From the human T2T-CHM13v2.0 reference genome, Homo sapiens, in the NCBI RefSeq assembly GCF_009914755.1, contig NC_060931.1: 64,000 nt of DNA; one strand, given 5' to 3'. How positions within the stretch are numbered: the first letter of the stretch is position 1; every line of letters begins with the position of its first letter. A program made the position numbers and the translations under genes. The notes under the pieces are model-generated. The model saw nothing but the letters and a program-made list of their open reading frames with translations. It was not told where the DNA came from and did no database searches. This document shows positions 1-14,689 of this stretch, piece by piece.

Positions 1-269
<269 letters not shown>

Positions 270-1127
270 CTAAAACCATCTTTATTTCCCAAAGATTGCT
301 AAAGTCATGTAAGCTAAAAGGCATTACATTTTCTACATTTCTGACAAAATATTTGATTTAAGCTCTTATTGTTATTAAACCAATTAATTTAAAAGTTTAC
401 AGAGGGGATAAACAGTGACTTTTTCTTTATATTTAATCAGTTTACACAGACAGAAAGAGGCCAGAAACTGACTGGTGAGAAATTCTCACCCTTTTGCTGG
501 CATGCCAGGTTTCTGGGTTCTCTCTCCCTAAGCAGCCCTGGCAGCCCTGGCAGCCCTGCTTGACTGTATGCAAAAAAACACATTGTCATGAATTAAGAAT
601 ATTCACAAATAGTTTACAAATGTTGGAGAAATTAGGCAGAGGGAGAAATATGACTCAAATTCTATTTATGAAAGTATACTCAGCCCATTTAAAGTATCAA
701 GAAGCCTAAAATCCAAAAAGTTAGTTTATAGCTGGTGTGCTCCATCAATTCCTGCAGCTTGACAAAAGTAGCTTATAAATTCCAGGTAAATGAAGTGAAT
801 GATGACTTGCTGGAAATGCCAAGGAAACAAAATAACTATTCATAGAACCAAATAAAAGCCTTCTACTAGAAACTAAAAAGCATCAGGGTTTTATATATAT
901 GGATACACAAGCAAAGCCAGAGGAGAATAACCAGCAAATGAATGAAAACTAGAAGCAAAAACAAATAAACAGAAAACCAATCCTAAATTTTCCTACTTAA
1001 TTTACCCTGGAGGCTACAGTGTTACCTAGGGCCCCCCAAAACCCACATAATGAATATTTTATTCCTGATACACAATTCAATACCCTTAAATTCACCAATA
1101 TCATTATACTTCTGTGCAATCAAGAAG

Positions 1128-1394
<267 letters not shown>

Positions 1395-2749
1395 TTAGGC
1401 ACATGACCAATAAGTACTCTAACACTAGCCACACAAAACAGTAACCATAGTGTGAAACAATGCAAGCGTGTATGTGAAATTTGGCTTTACACTAAATCCA
1501 GCTTCATGTTTAACTATATTAAAAAAAGAATTGCCAAACTGCCGATGCATTGTACAATACTTTTTATTTTATTTTAATCAAGATTAAGAGATTTAATTAC
1601 GAAAATGCTAATTAGCCAAATGTTTCCAATTCTTTATCAGGTTTTAAAGAATATTTTATTATTTAAACTTTTTCCACATCTTTCTCCCTGTTTAAAAATT
1701 CCTTACTACATTGTTTCATAAATAACCTTTTGAAAGCTCTGTAATTTGAGCTAACTTTTAGATAACTTCTGAATAGGCAAAATAATTTTTTTTCCACTAA
1801 TAACCCTTTCTGGCACGTTTTGTATACAGAATTACGTGTTAACTAGAATTGTATCCCTAGTAACCTAAAACTTTAGCAAAACTCTAAAAAGCAAGAAATC
1901 CTGAACTATTAGATATGGGCATTCATAAATAAGAACAATTCCACAATTTTAGAAACATATTTCCCTATATTACAACCCTTTCTTAATTGGAAATGACACA
2001 GATATTAAATGAATGTTAAAAATAAGATTTTAATTTACAAAAAAAGTTTACCTAAAACATTTATCCCATTCACTGTACTTAATTTTTTTTTACTTTTAAC
2101 AAGGGAGACATGAGATATCAATCAACATATGTAAAATGAACATTGGTTCCATCTGGAAAGGCAGGACAACTAGAAGCTGGGAGGGGGTTAGGGCTTCCAG
2201 GTTACAGGTAGGTGTGAGAGGAATGGTTGCATTCTTTTGAGTTTCTGATGAGCCTTTCCAAAGGAAGGAACCAGATATGCATTTATTTCAGTGAGACTTT
2301 GAATAGCTTGCTCCAAGCAGCTACCAGCTTGAATTAACACTGACATTTTAAAATATCTAGCAAAGACAAACATAAAATTCAGACAAAATGTATGTTGACA
2401 ATTCTGAAGGCATTTCTATTTTTATCCCACCAATAATTTTAAAGCTAGCTTGTTTAGTAAAGGTATACTTTAAGTCACATGAACTTGAAATTCTTAGACT
2501 TATTTACTTAATTTATGAGTGCTCTTTTACTTATAAGCCAATTTGATAGACACAACATATGTACAACAGTGTACATACAAATAAACACATCTAGACATGT
2601 ATACACATACATAAATGAAGATCCAATAGCTTGGAACCTTAGCCATGAGATAGCAATACAAGCTTGCTGGTTTTACTTTGCCCCAATAGATAATCCAATG
2701 AAGGCTGTGAACCAAAATTTCAGATAAAGCAGTCTCCATGGCAGTTTGA

Positions 2750-3058
2750 TTTTTTTTTTTTTTTTTTTTTTTTGAGACCACATCTTACTCTGTCACCCAG
2801 GCTGGAGTGCAGTGGCATGATCTCGGCTCACTGCAACCTCCGCCTCCCAGGTTCAAGCCTTTCTCATGCCTCAGCCTCCTGAGTAGCTAGGACTACAGTT
2901 GCCCGTCACTATGCCTGGCTAGTTTTTTGTATTTTTAGTAGAGACGAGGTTTCGTCATGTTGGCCAGGCTGGTCTCAAACTCCTGACCTCAGGTGATCCA
3001 CCCACCTTGGCCTCCTAAAGTACTTGGATCACAGGCATGAGCAGTGATCCCAGTGGCC
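2750..3058 (-). mobile_element. Alu (AluSx-like) with TSD
   Basis: Full reverse Alu; TGGCAGTTT(G/T)ATTTT on both sides. Confidence 0.9.
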
Positions 3059-3970
3059 TGGCAGTTTTATTTTTAAAGGCCAAACCTCCCCAGATTCCCA
3101 AGAGCACTGGGGCCAAACCAAGCCAAAGGAGGGCGTCACACGTGAACCAGGCCCCCTGCTTAGAACGGCAGCACAAAAGTCTGGATACATACAATGCTAT
3201 TCCACTTTCCATTCAACAGTAAACTCCAGATTCCAAACAATGTTGGAGCCAAACAGCATTGCCACTGTGAGAGAAAATTCTAAGGAGGGTTAATACTAGA
3301 CCTCAGAACCTCTGACGAGAGCAGCCCTTTTGGGCAGGCTGAGGTCTGCTGGACCCCCGGGAGCGTCTTCCTGTGGGGCCCGATCTTAGAGTGCCAGACA
3401 TCTCTGGCCTTAGGTGGGTGCCACATGCAGGTTTTCCCCGCCAGAGCCTATTATGAGCTTTATAAGAACAGACATGAACTGTAATGTGAAGAACTGGATG
3501 CCGGGTGGGCCTTTTTGTTCCTCAGCCAGTTGAGTATGATCAGGGAAAAATTTAGCATAGGAAAAGAAGGTTTACGTCCCCTGAAACATGTGCGAGTTTG
3601 CTCCAAGCTGTGCTTCATGTAGGGATCAGGGACCATGCGTGGAAAATATTTTTAAAAAGTCCTTCCCCCTTCGGGGCAGGGCAATTGTAAATGGCAGCTG
3701 AAAGACCGAAAAAGAAAGAAGGGAAAAAAAAAAAGAAAGAAAAAGACCCAAGTTCCTTAAGCCAACCAGGAGGTGGCAGTCAGGCTTCTCCACATGGAAA
3801 CTCCTTAGTTTCACTGGCCACGGCCAGAAACCTGCAGTTCCTTCCATGTTTAGGCGCTGCCCACCAAGGGTCCCAAGTTGAAAAGGAAAAGAGAGGGAGA
3901 GAGAGGGCCCCTGCATGGAGCAGAAAGGAAAGGGAGAAAAATGAATCCCAAACTTTGGGCTTACATCTTC

Positions 3971-3988
3971 CTCCTGGCTGGCTGAGCA
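3971..3988 (-). other. Primer binding site, tRNA-Arg-like
   Basis: Minus strand TGCTCAGCCAGCCAGGAG vs TGGCGAGCCAGCCAGGAG (complement of the tRNA-Arg(ACG) 3' end), 15/18, adjacent to the LTR. Confidence 0.75.
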
Positions 3989-4705
3989 AAATCTGCTAAT
4001 GGTGGAAGGTGTCCAGGCTCTTGATGTCCTCAACAAAGAATTGGACAAAATGCACAAACAAAGCAAGGAAGGAATGAAGGGTTTTATTGAAAATGAAAGT
4101 ACACTCCACAGTGTGGGAGTGGGCCTGAGCATAGAGGTTCAGAATTTTTGGGAGTTTCAATATTCTCTACTTGGGGTATGCCCTATGTAAATGAAGAGGA
4201 TGAAGTAAAGTTACAAAGTCATTTACTTGGCCTATGCCCTACGGAGAGGATTGTGGGAGATTGGTTATAGTGGTGGGAAAAATGATAGGGAAAGGGCGCA
4301 AACCTTCTGAAAGGTCGGAGATTCTGCAGAGCCCATGGGAGAATAGCTGAAGGCAGCTGTTGTATAACCCTGATGCAGGGGGCAAGGAGTAGGTACAAGG
4401 GAATGCAGGCGAATTTATCATAAACAGGCTTGTTTACTTATGTTGACCAGGAACTGACCTTTGATCATCTGCATGCCTGACATTCTCTGAAAGGGGAACA
4501 ATAAATGTTAACTACCTACAGCTTGTGTTTGCTCCAGGCTTTTGGCATTATGCCTGCACTGAATAAAAGCAAGCAGCTCCAGCTTCTCTGGGCTGCTCTC
4601 TGGCCACTAGAGCCAGGCAGTCACCTAGCTGCTCTTACACTGCATGCCTGTGTGTGAGCACTCATTTCATCTGTCAGCCAGGGTCTGCAGGACAGACCTG
4701 GCAGG

Positions 4706-4723
4706 AGGTGCCCTGTGTGAGGA
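4706..4723 (+). other. Primer binding site, tRNA-Met-like
   Basis: AGGTGCCCTGTGTGAGGA vs TGGTGCCCCGTGTGAGGA (complement of the elongator tRNA-Met 3' end), 16/18, 2 nt after the 5' LTR. Confidence 0.8.
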
Positions 4724-4846
4724 ACACTGCAACGGATCACGACAGAACCCTCAAAAATGAAAGTGAAGTGACTGTGCAGTAAATAATTGGTGCCTGCTGG
4801 GGATTGATTTCCAAGTTTGAAGGGATTTTCAAGCTGGGGTTTCATC

Positions 4847-5497
4847 ATGGGACAACAGTTATCAGCTTAACAGCAACAGTATATGAAAGTGTTGAAACCG
4901 CTGATTAAAGCTAGCAAAGCCTTGCTCTCAGAGTCCCAGTTAAGGGACCTAATGCAAACTGTTGTTTTCCATAATCCATCATTCTCAGAAGGCACACTAG
5001 ACTTAAAGCTCTGGGAACAAGTAGGAAAAATTCTTAAATAACATTATGTACAACGACAGTGAGTCCCAGTAACATCTTTAACGTTATGGGCCTTAGTTAG
5101 GGCTGCTTTGGCCCTGCTTTACACAGAAGAGCATAAAAAGGGAGGGGAGGAAGAGCCATCATCTACTTTACCACCTCATCCTCCTCCCTCAGCCCTGCTG
5201 TTACCAGGTAAAGGTGCCACAGAGGGGACAGATTTTCCCTGAGCCCCCTCCCTCAGTTAATTGGAAAAAAGACAAGGGATACACTATAGTTATGGGACCC
5301 TGTCTTAAGCAAGTGGCATTAGAAGGGGAGCTCTTGGCTTGCCTGGTGATGCAAGATCAACAAGGCAATGGGGTACATGAACCCATTACTTTCAACACTT
5401 ATAAAAAATAAGAAAAAGCATTAGAGAAAATGGAGCCACTTGCCCATTTACAAGGGGATTAATTGAGGCCATAGCAGACAACTACCATATGACCCCT
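4847..5497 (+). pseudogene. Defective betaretroviral gag (MA and start of CA)
   Basis: ATG GGA CAA CAG (MGQQLS, myristoylation-type start), GTLDLKLWEQVG matrix motif, several in-frame stops; truncated by deletion. Confidence 0.8.
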
Positions 5498-7830
5498 TTC
5501 TGATAATAGCCACTGTTGTAATTTCTCCCCTACCCCTGACATGGCTCCAATTTGGGACATGACAAGATCCAGTTTGGGTAGAAAAGTGGCCTTAAAAGGG
5601 AGACAAGTTAACAATGATCCCACGAATTAGTTGAGGGACAATTAACAGCTGGCCATATAGAACCATCAAACAGCCCTTGGAATTCATCCATTTGTGTCAT
5701 TCCCAAAAATTCTGGTAAACGGAGACTTTTGTATGACTTACATGCTATCAATGCTAATTTGCAACCTATGGGGCCCCTTCAACAGGGGGTCCCTTCCCCT
5801 GCAGTGATTCTTTGAGATTGGCCTGGAGTCATTATTGACTTAAAAGACTGCTTTTATGCTATTCCCCTTGCAGAACAGGACAGAGAAAAATTTGCATTTG
5901 CAATACCAGCTATCAATAATGAAAGGCCAGCTCACTGATTTATTGAAAAGTACTTCCTCAAGGAATGTTGAACAGTCCTACCATGTGTCAGTATCATGTA
6001 AATCAGACTTTGCTCCCCAGTAGAAAAGAACTTCCTAATTTCAAGATCATCCATTATATGGATGACATTTTACTGGCAGCCCTAACGGAGCCAATACTTT
6101 TGAGTTTATATGCCTCTGTCAAAAGGAATACACAGTTAAGAGCTTTAATCATAGCACATGAAAAGGCACAGATGTCCTCCCCTTGGAAATATCTTGGATA
6201 TATACTAACTTTCTGGTCAGTAAGACCTCAAAAGGTTAAATTGAATACTAACAATTTACATACCTTAAATGGCTATCAAAAATTATCAGGTGATATTAAC
6301 TGGCTTCACCCCAACTTGGGCATAACTACCGACAAATTACAGAACCTGTTTTCTATCTTAAAGGGCAATGCAGCCCTGGACTCCCCCAGGTATTTAACCC
6401 CTGCTTCAAAAACAGAAATTGAGGAAATAGAGCAAGCTATTTCTCAGAGGCAACTAGATTGCATAGACCCACAATATTCAGTCCAATTATTTGTATTTCC
6501 TATTAAACAACAGGATTAATAGGACACCTTCAGATAGTACTCTCTAATTATGCAGGCCATATAGAACATCCCCTTCACTGATGAACTATTCCAATTCTTA
6601 TCTCATACTACTGTAGTTATGCCTACAAAGGTAGTTCACTCCCCCATACCTAACACTTTAATGCTTTCCACTGATGGCTCTGGTAAAAATGGAAAAGCAG
6701 CTATCTGGTGGGAACCACATAACTCCCTTACTCGATCTGGATTTACTAGTACTCAGAGAGCTGAGGTTGGAGCCCTAATATTGGCTCTGGAAACCTTTTC
6801 CACTCAGCCCATCAATGTTGTTAGTGACTCTGCTTACTCTGTTTATTTATTCTAAAACCTTGAAACAGCCCTCATTAAGTCCACTCTTGAGCCCACCCTG
6901 TGCATCCTTTTTCTTTGACTTCAGCAATCGCTGGGTCAGTGGACACATTCTGTTTTTATCACACACATTCGGACCCACAGCTTGCTGCCCGGTCCACTAG
7001 TTCACGGCAATGATCAAGCAGACCTGCAGGTTATGACATCACTGCTTGGCCAAGCCACCCAATCACATCAATTTTTCCACCAAAATTGGAGAAATTTTTC
7101 TAAACAATTTCAGTTAACCTAAAGACTAGCTAAACAAATTATCCTGCAGTGCCCAGATTGCCAGCTCACAGGCAAGTCCCCTTCCTCAACAGTATCAACC
7201 CTAGGGGACTAGAACCAAATCAGTCATGGCAAACAGATGTTACGCATGTCCCTGAATTTGGAAAACTAAGATATGTACATGTATCCATGGATACCAATTC
7301 CCACCTAATTGCTCTTCCTGGAGAGTCTGGCTGATATGTCATTAAACATCTTCTTCTCTTTTGTGTTTATGGGGTTGCCCACAGAGATTAAAACTGATAA
7401 CAGTCCAGCTTACACCAGCTCACAATTTCAACAATTTTGTCACACATGGAATGTCCAACATTCCACAGGTATCCCATATAATCCCCAAGGACAGGCCATA
7501 GCAGAACCTGCCCACTCTACCCTTAAAAATATGCTCAGAAAACAACAAAGGGGGAATATGAGTAAGGACCCTGAAACACTATTGGCACAAGCCTTATTTA
7601 CCCTTAATTTCTTAAATTTAGAGGATAAGTTTCAATCAGCTATAGAAAAGCACTTTGCAAAAATCACTCAAGATATAAAACCTTCATTTTATGGAAAGAT
7701 GTAAATAGTAATGTATAGTGTGGTCCAAATGATTTGCTAACGTGGGGAAGAGGATATGCTTGTGTGCAGACCCCCTCAGGTCCTCTTTGGATTCCAGTAT
7801 GATGCATCAAACCATACTGTGGTGTGGCTA
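5498..7830 (+). pseudogene. Defective pol (RT, RNase H, integrase)
   Basis: PVWV-KWP start, IDLKDCF, LPQGM-NSPT, HYMDD (about 6052-6066), TDGS (RNase H), WQTDVTH and TDN (IN), GIPYNPQGQA; stops, frameshifts and an internal deletion near 6510-6530. Confidence 0.9.
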
Positions 7831-7849
7831 GAACCCAACCTGGTACCAG

Positions 7850-8400
7850 AAATGAAGGAAATGACCTTGCAGGACCCACAGCCCTGGATGATGCAGCTTC
7901 CTCGGGTAACACAGACCCTGGACATTTTGCTGGAGAAGATAACTCAGGAGGCTTAGCAAATCCTGCTCCAGACACAGATACCATTCACTCCAGATAATTT
8001 GTTCCTTGCTATGCTTTCTGTTGTACATTGCATCTCTCATAGGGTATTAATCTTTTTTAGTCTCTTACTTTGCCTGCTACCTCTACCTGCTACACTCTAT
8101 TGGGCCCATCTTCTAGATCTGCCTTTTTTCCGCCCTGTTACTTGGGCAGACACTCCCTTCCCAGCCTCTAACAACATGAATGATTGGCTGGGAGGGACTG
8201 ACATACCACCGATGGGGTCCCTCAGTAATGGCACACATTGGACTGAGGTGCCAAGTAACACTACATATCGCTCTTTGATTGGAAAGGAATAATACTGATT
8301 ATACTCATGTTTGTCTTATGTTATTTACTGGTTCTAGGATGCAAAGCCAGAACATGAGCTGTAACTGCCGCACCAGTCAAACCTGTCACTGTGCACATCA
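7850..8400 (+). pseudogene. Truncated env remnant
   Basis: Hydrophobic signal-like stretch followed by LYWAHLLDLPFFRPVTW, typical of a HERV-K/betaretroviral SU N-terminus; most of SU/TM deleted. Confidence 0.75.
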
Positions 8401-8971
8401 ACAAAACCTGATGCAGACAAAACGAAACAAATCAAAACAAAACAAACCAGAAAAGGGGGAGATGTGGGGGACCAGTCAGAGTGGTGGGAAAAACTCTAGG
8501 GAAAGGACACAAGCCTTCTGAAAGGTCGGAGTTTCTGCAGAGCCCCATGGGGAGAATAGTTGAAGGCAGCTGTTCTATAACCCTGATGCAGAGGGCAAAG
8601 AGTAGGTACAAGGGAGTGTAGGGGAATTTATCTTAAACAGGCTTGTTTACTTATGTTGACCAGGAACTGACCTTTGATCATTCCCCTGAAAGGGGAACAA
8701 TAAATGTTAATTACTTACGGGTTGCATTTGCTCCAGGCTTTTGGCATTATGCCTACACTGAATAAACGCAAGCAGCTCCAGCTTCTCAGGGCTGCTCTCT
8801 GGCCACTAGAGCCAGGCAGTCACCTAGCTGCTCTTACACTGCATACCTATGTGTGAGTGCTCATTTCATCCAGGGTCTGCGGGACAGACCCAGCAGAGGA
8901 TATTTCCTGTCATAGCTGAAGTGTGAATAGGCCTTATGTTCTCTTCTTCTAGACCCTATTTTCCTGCCTCA

Positions 8972-10256
<1,285 letters not shown>

Positions 10257-10494
10257 GTGTGTTCCACTAATCCAGATGACTGGGGATGACTGGCACAAGG
10301 AAAATGTTGTAGAATGGGCCATATTTCACATGCTGACTGGATTGTTTGTCCAATAAAATGAGTGTCCCATACACTCATAAAATAAGTTCATTTGAGAGAA
10401 AGTCCCAAAGTTGAAATTATTTTTTTCTAAGGGAATTTTACTTATGGCCAAAGGTGATGGTGGTAGGCGAATAAACTCTAGTTGCCATACCTCC

Positions 10495-10947
10495 TTTCAT
10501 GCGTGTCCATGTGAAGAGACCACCAAACAGGCTTTGTGTGAGCAACATGGCTGTTTATTTCACCTGGGTGCAGGCGGGCTGAGTCCGAAAAGAGAGTCAG
10601 CAAAGGGAGATAAGGGTGGGGCAGTTTTATAGGATTTGTGTAGGTAAAGGAAAATTACAGTCAAAGGGGGTTTGTTCTCTGGTGGGCAGGAGTGGGGGTG
10701 GCAAGGTGCTCAGTGAGGGTGCTTTTTGAGCCAGGATGAGCCAGGAAAAGGACTTTCACAAGATAATGTCATCACTTAAGGCAAGGACTGGCCATTTACA
10801 CTTCTTTTGTGGTGGAATGTCATCAGTTAAGGTGGGACAGGGCATATTCACTTCTTTTGTGATTCTTCAGTTACTTCAGGCCATCTGGGCATATACGTGC
10901 AAGTCACAGGGGATGCGATGGCTTGGCTTGGGCTCAGAGGCCTGACA
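10495..10947 (-). mobile_element. Solo LTR7 (HERV-H LTR)
   Basis: Minus strand TGTCAGGCCTCTGAGCCCAAGCC...GGACACGCATGAAA, 453 bp; perfect 5-bp TSD CCTCC (10490-10494, 10948-10952). Confidence 0.92.
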
Positions 10948-11476
10948 CCTCCAATCAGCCTTTAAGGAAAACAACCTTGATAACTGTGTAAAGGTTTCCA
11001 TGGATTATGTTTTGGGCAGGGATTTTTACTCACACAAAGGGTGGGTTCAATTGCTTGGTGGGTGACAGTTCACTTGAAGTGGCATTGATGTCTGGGGTAA
11101 ATACCAGAGGTTCGTTGTCTCACAGGAGGGAAATCAAGGACGTGAACATACAAAAAGTGAGTTTAAGAGTGGAGGTTTAATAGACAAAAGAAAAAGAAAA
11201 GAGAATTGCTCTCTTTCTTGCAGAAAGAGAGGAGCTCCTGAGTGGGTTTTCTGGACCGCTGCATAGTGCATGGGGTCTTATAGACTGGCTTGAGTAGGAA
11301 GTGTCTGATTAACATGGGGCCAAAAGATTGGTTGGACCAGGTGTGCCATTTACATAGCATGCAAAGAAGATGACCACCCCACCCTAATCTTTTATTATGC
11401 AGCTGGGTTCTCTACCTGGCCAGCGCCCTGTTGTCTGCTCCTTACTGCACACATGGTTGACAAAGAAAAGAGAAGA

Positions 11477-12060
11477 TGTTGGGAAAACCAGCCCCACACC
11501 ACCCGGTGGGTACCCTGAGTCCAGCGGAGGCAAAGGAGTTAGAAAGAGACAGAATAAGAGTTTAAAAGGCAGGTTCAGGAGACCTGAGTGTCAGAGGCTT
11601 GCTCATGGCCCAGAGTTCTCGGGCTCCACCTAATTTATTGGTTTACAAGCTCTTTGTTCTTAGGGCAGATGGGAGGGGGAGGAAGGGATGAGGAAAAGGA
11701 TTAATCAGTGAAGGAGAACTCTTGAGTCATTCAATAAGATGTAGAGCAGTGGTGGTTTCTGTGAATTTCCTGAGCAAAGGCATGTGTCTAAACTACTAAG
11801 ATCTTTAAGTTATCTGGACTGAAATGGGTGGGAGTGGGTTTCAGGAGGAGCCAAGATGTTTGATTATACTCCACTGCTTCAAGGGAGTGTTATCTCCCTG
11901 AGCAACCTGTGGAATGCCGCGGAGCTGTTATGCTCTCGGGCATAAAGACATGAAGGCAATAAGGAGACTTTTCTCCTCAGAGGCCGCCCATGGCTCCCCC
12001 TGGGTGTCTCACACAGGGGAGACCAACTCATCTGGCACCCTAGAAACTCTCTTTCCCACA
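11477..12060 (-). mobile_element. Solo LTR14-type (HERV-K14 group) LTR
   Basis: Minus strand TGTGGGAAAGAGAGTTTCTAGGGTGCCAG...CCCAACA, 584 bp; TSD GAAGA (11472-11476, 12061-12065). Confidence 0.78.
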
Positions 12061-12200
12061 GAAGATGGAGCCACCATGTTGAACATGCCTAGCCCCCAGG
12101 TAGCCTTTTCCTATTGGCACAGCTGCTGACATTCACCTGTGCAAGCTCCCAGCTTGCTTATCTATGTTTGCAGCTCGATTTTACAGGCTGCTCTTTGTTA

Positions 12201-12509
<309 letters not shown>

Positions 12510-13364
12510 TTATTAAAAGGAATACCTTACCAAGGATTCTTACCCTCACTATCTGCCTAAATAATTTCTTTTTAACTCCTGTGTCACAATGACCACAACC
12601 AAGGAGGATTTAACAGGGGTTTTGTTATTTGTAACAAGTAAGGAGGACACCAGGCATAGTTCCTAAAGCAGTGCTTCCCTGAGCGATGGTGGAAACAGGG
12701 CTTTTACTGGGCTGGTGAGCTGAGTCATTGTATGTAGAGGTAAAGTCAAGTCAGTGCAGGTGCAGTTGCTAATCATGCTACTACACACATCGCATGTATA
12801 GGAAAAGTTGAGTAAGCTCCTCCCTGGGTGAGGATTTTAGTATGGTAATGAGGGGAGTTCACTGAAGTTCATTTCCAAATCTAGCATCTCTGGATCCAAC
12901 TGTTTTTTGTTTTTCAGGTGCTGGGCTTCTTCATGGAATTCAAGGTGCAATAGTTACAAGTGGGTAGTTTTTCACAGTGCTACCCCAAAACTGGGGACCC
13001 AGGGTTACAATGCGGCAGCACTTGTACTTCTTATGAGCCACAGTTGGACCGAGTTTCCTATTATATTGTTTGCCCCAAGCAATCAAATGATTGGGGCTTC
13101 AAAGAGTTAAATCTTGCATATAAATTAAGAAAGATTACTATAATTTGATTGGGAGTATGGGTAGACCATTTGGTCTATACCATAGCCCAGTTTCAGAGGA
13201 GTGTGTTCCCCCTTTTGTTTCCCAGTTTTCTTTTTGTTTTGAAACGCCCTTGGCAATGTAAAGCATTGAAGTGCTAGATGTTACTTTTACAAGTCCTCAG
13301 AGTGTGCATTATGTAACTGCTTGCCTCCTCAATCCTGTAATCCTTCCCCCGTTTGTGATGGCTT

Positions 13365-13599
13365 TCACCCTTCCTTCCTTTTCTTCCTTTTCCTTTTCTT
13401 CCTTCCTTCATTCCTTTTCTTCCTTCCTTCCTTCAGTCCTCCCTTCCTTTCTTCCTTCCTTCCCTCCTTCCTTCCCTCTCTCCCTCCATGCATTCTTCTT
13501 TCCTCTCTCTCCCTTCCCCTCCCCTCCTCTTCCCTACTACTCATCCTTTCCTTCCTTTCCTTTTCCCTTTCTCCTTTCCTCCCTCCCTTCCCTTTTTTT
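13365..13599. repeat. CT-rich polypyrimidine low-complexity tract ((TTCC)n-like)
   Basis: About 235 bp almost entirely C/T. Confidence 0.9.
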
Positions 13600-14179
13600 A
13601 AAAAAAATGGATCATAATATATTTTTCTGACATTTAAACCTGTAACTTAAAAAATTTTAATAATTAAAAAGTTATATCTGTAAAATGTCTCTAAACTTTA
13701 AGCAATTGCTGAAAACTTCAATAGCATTCAGTCTAGCAAAAATTTTGCAAAACTGGAAGGATTTTTCTCATTTCATAATATGAAAAGCCAAAAGAATTCA
13801 CTTTGTATCTAATTAATATATTTAAATTAAAATATACTATAGAGCCAGAATATGAAATAGAATATTAAGAAAAAGTACCAGCTGGTTATTGAGAAGTGAA
13901 GGAAAAGGTCACTAAACAAATTGTGTAAACTCTAAAGTGATACAGATTAATAATGGAAAGAGTACCACCTTAATGGGTCTTAATTTTCTTTAAACAAATG
14001 AGAAAATGAAGAAAAAAGCGTGTTTTAAACAACCACCATTGAAGCAAAACCAATTCTATTGTTTCAAAAGGTAGTTATCAGCTTTCCATGTCATACGAGC
14101 AGAAATCCACCCTCAAGTCAGAGATTTGATCTGTAGTTACCCTCAAGACAGCACCACCATAGTTTATTCATTTCACAGT

Positions 14180-14474
14180 TTTTCTTTTCTTTTTCTTTTT
14201 ATGAGACAGAGTCTCACTGTGTCATTCAGGCTGGAGTGTAGTGGTGTGATCTCCACTCACTGCAACTTCTGCCTCCTGGGTTCAAGTGATTCTCCCATCT
14301 GTAGCTGGGATTAGAGGTGGGTGACACCACACCCAGCTAATTTTTGTATTTTTAGTAGAGACGGGGTTTTGCCATGATGGCCAGGCTGGTCTCGAACTCC
14401 TGGCCTGAAGTGATCTACCTGTGTCTGCCTCCCAAAGTTCTGGGATTACAGGCATGAGCCACCATGCCCAGCCG
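14180..14474 (-). mobile_element. Alu
   Basis: Reverse Alu with a small deletion in the right arm. Confidence 0.88.
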
Positions 14475-14689
14475 CATTTCTCAGATTTTCTAAAGCAGAT
14501 CTTTTATGACTAATGGGCCAGTCCTGCCTATTATCTAGCTGTTTGCTGAAATCATCAATCCTTTGATCCTTAGCAATCCTTAAAAGATCAGACTGTCTGA
14601 GAACCACTGGAGTTGACAGGGATGTCCTGCAAAGGGGCTGGGGATAAGGGAGAGAGAGGGTCATGTCAGAGTCCAGAGTTTGCATCATT

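Larger units (their letters stand above)
4252..8895 (+). mobile_element. HERV-K(HML-5)/LTR22-type provirus, internally deleted (~4.6 kb)
   Basis: LTRs 4252-4703 and 8463-8895 (TG...CA); 6-bp TSD GAGGAT (4246-4251, 8896-8901); PBS at 4706-4723; polypurine tract AGAAAAGGGGGAGA before the 3' LTR; betaretroviral gag, pol and env remnants. Confidence 0.88.
3994..8971 (-). mobile_element. MER61-type LTR split into 3994-4251 and 8896-8971 by the HML-5 provirus
   Basis: Minus strand begins TGAGGCAGGAAAATAGGGTCT...CACACTTCAGCTATGACAGGAAATATCCTC; the two halves rejoin seamlessly at the duplicated GAGGAT. Confidence 0.75.

Noticed and set aside
5965-7704. RT/integrase ORFs as an active or novel reverse-transcriptase system
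   Set aside because: Fragments of a defective HML-5 pol broken by stops, frameshifts and deletion.
13271-13630. Ser/Phe/Pro-rich ORFs
   Set aside because: Translation of the CT-rich low-complexity tract.
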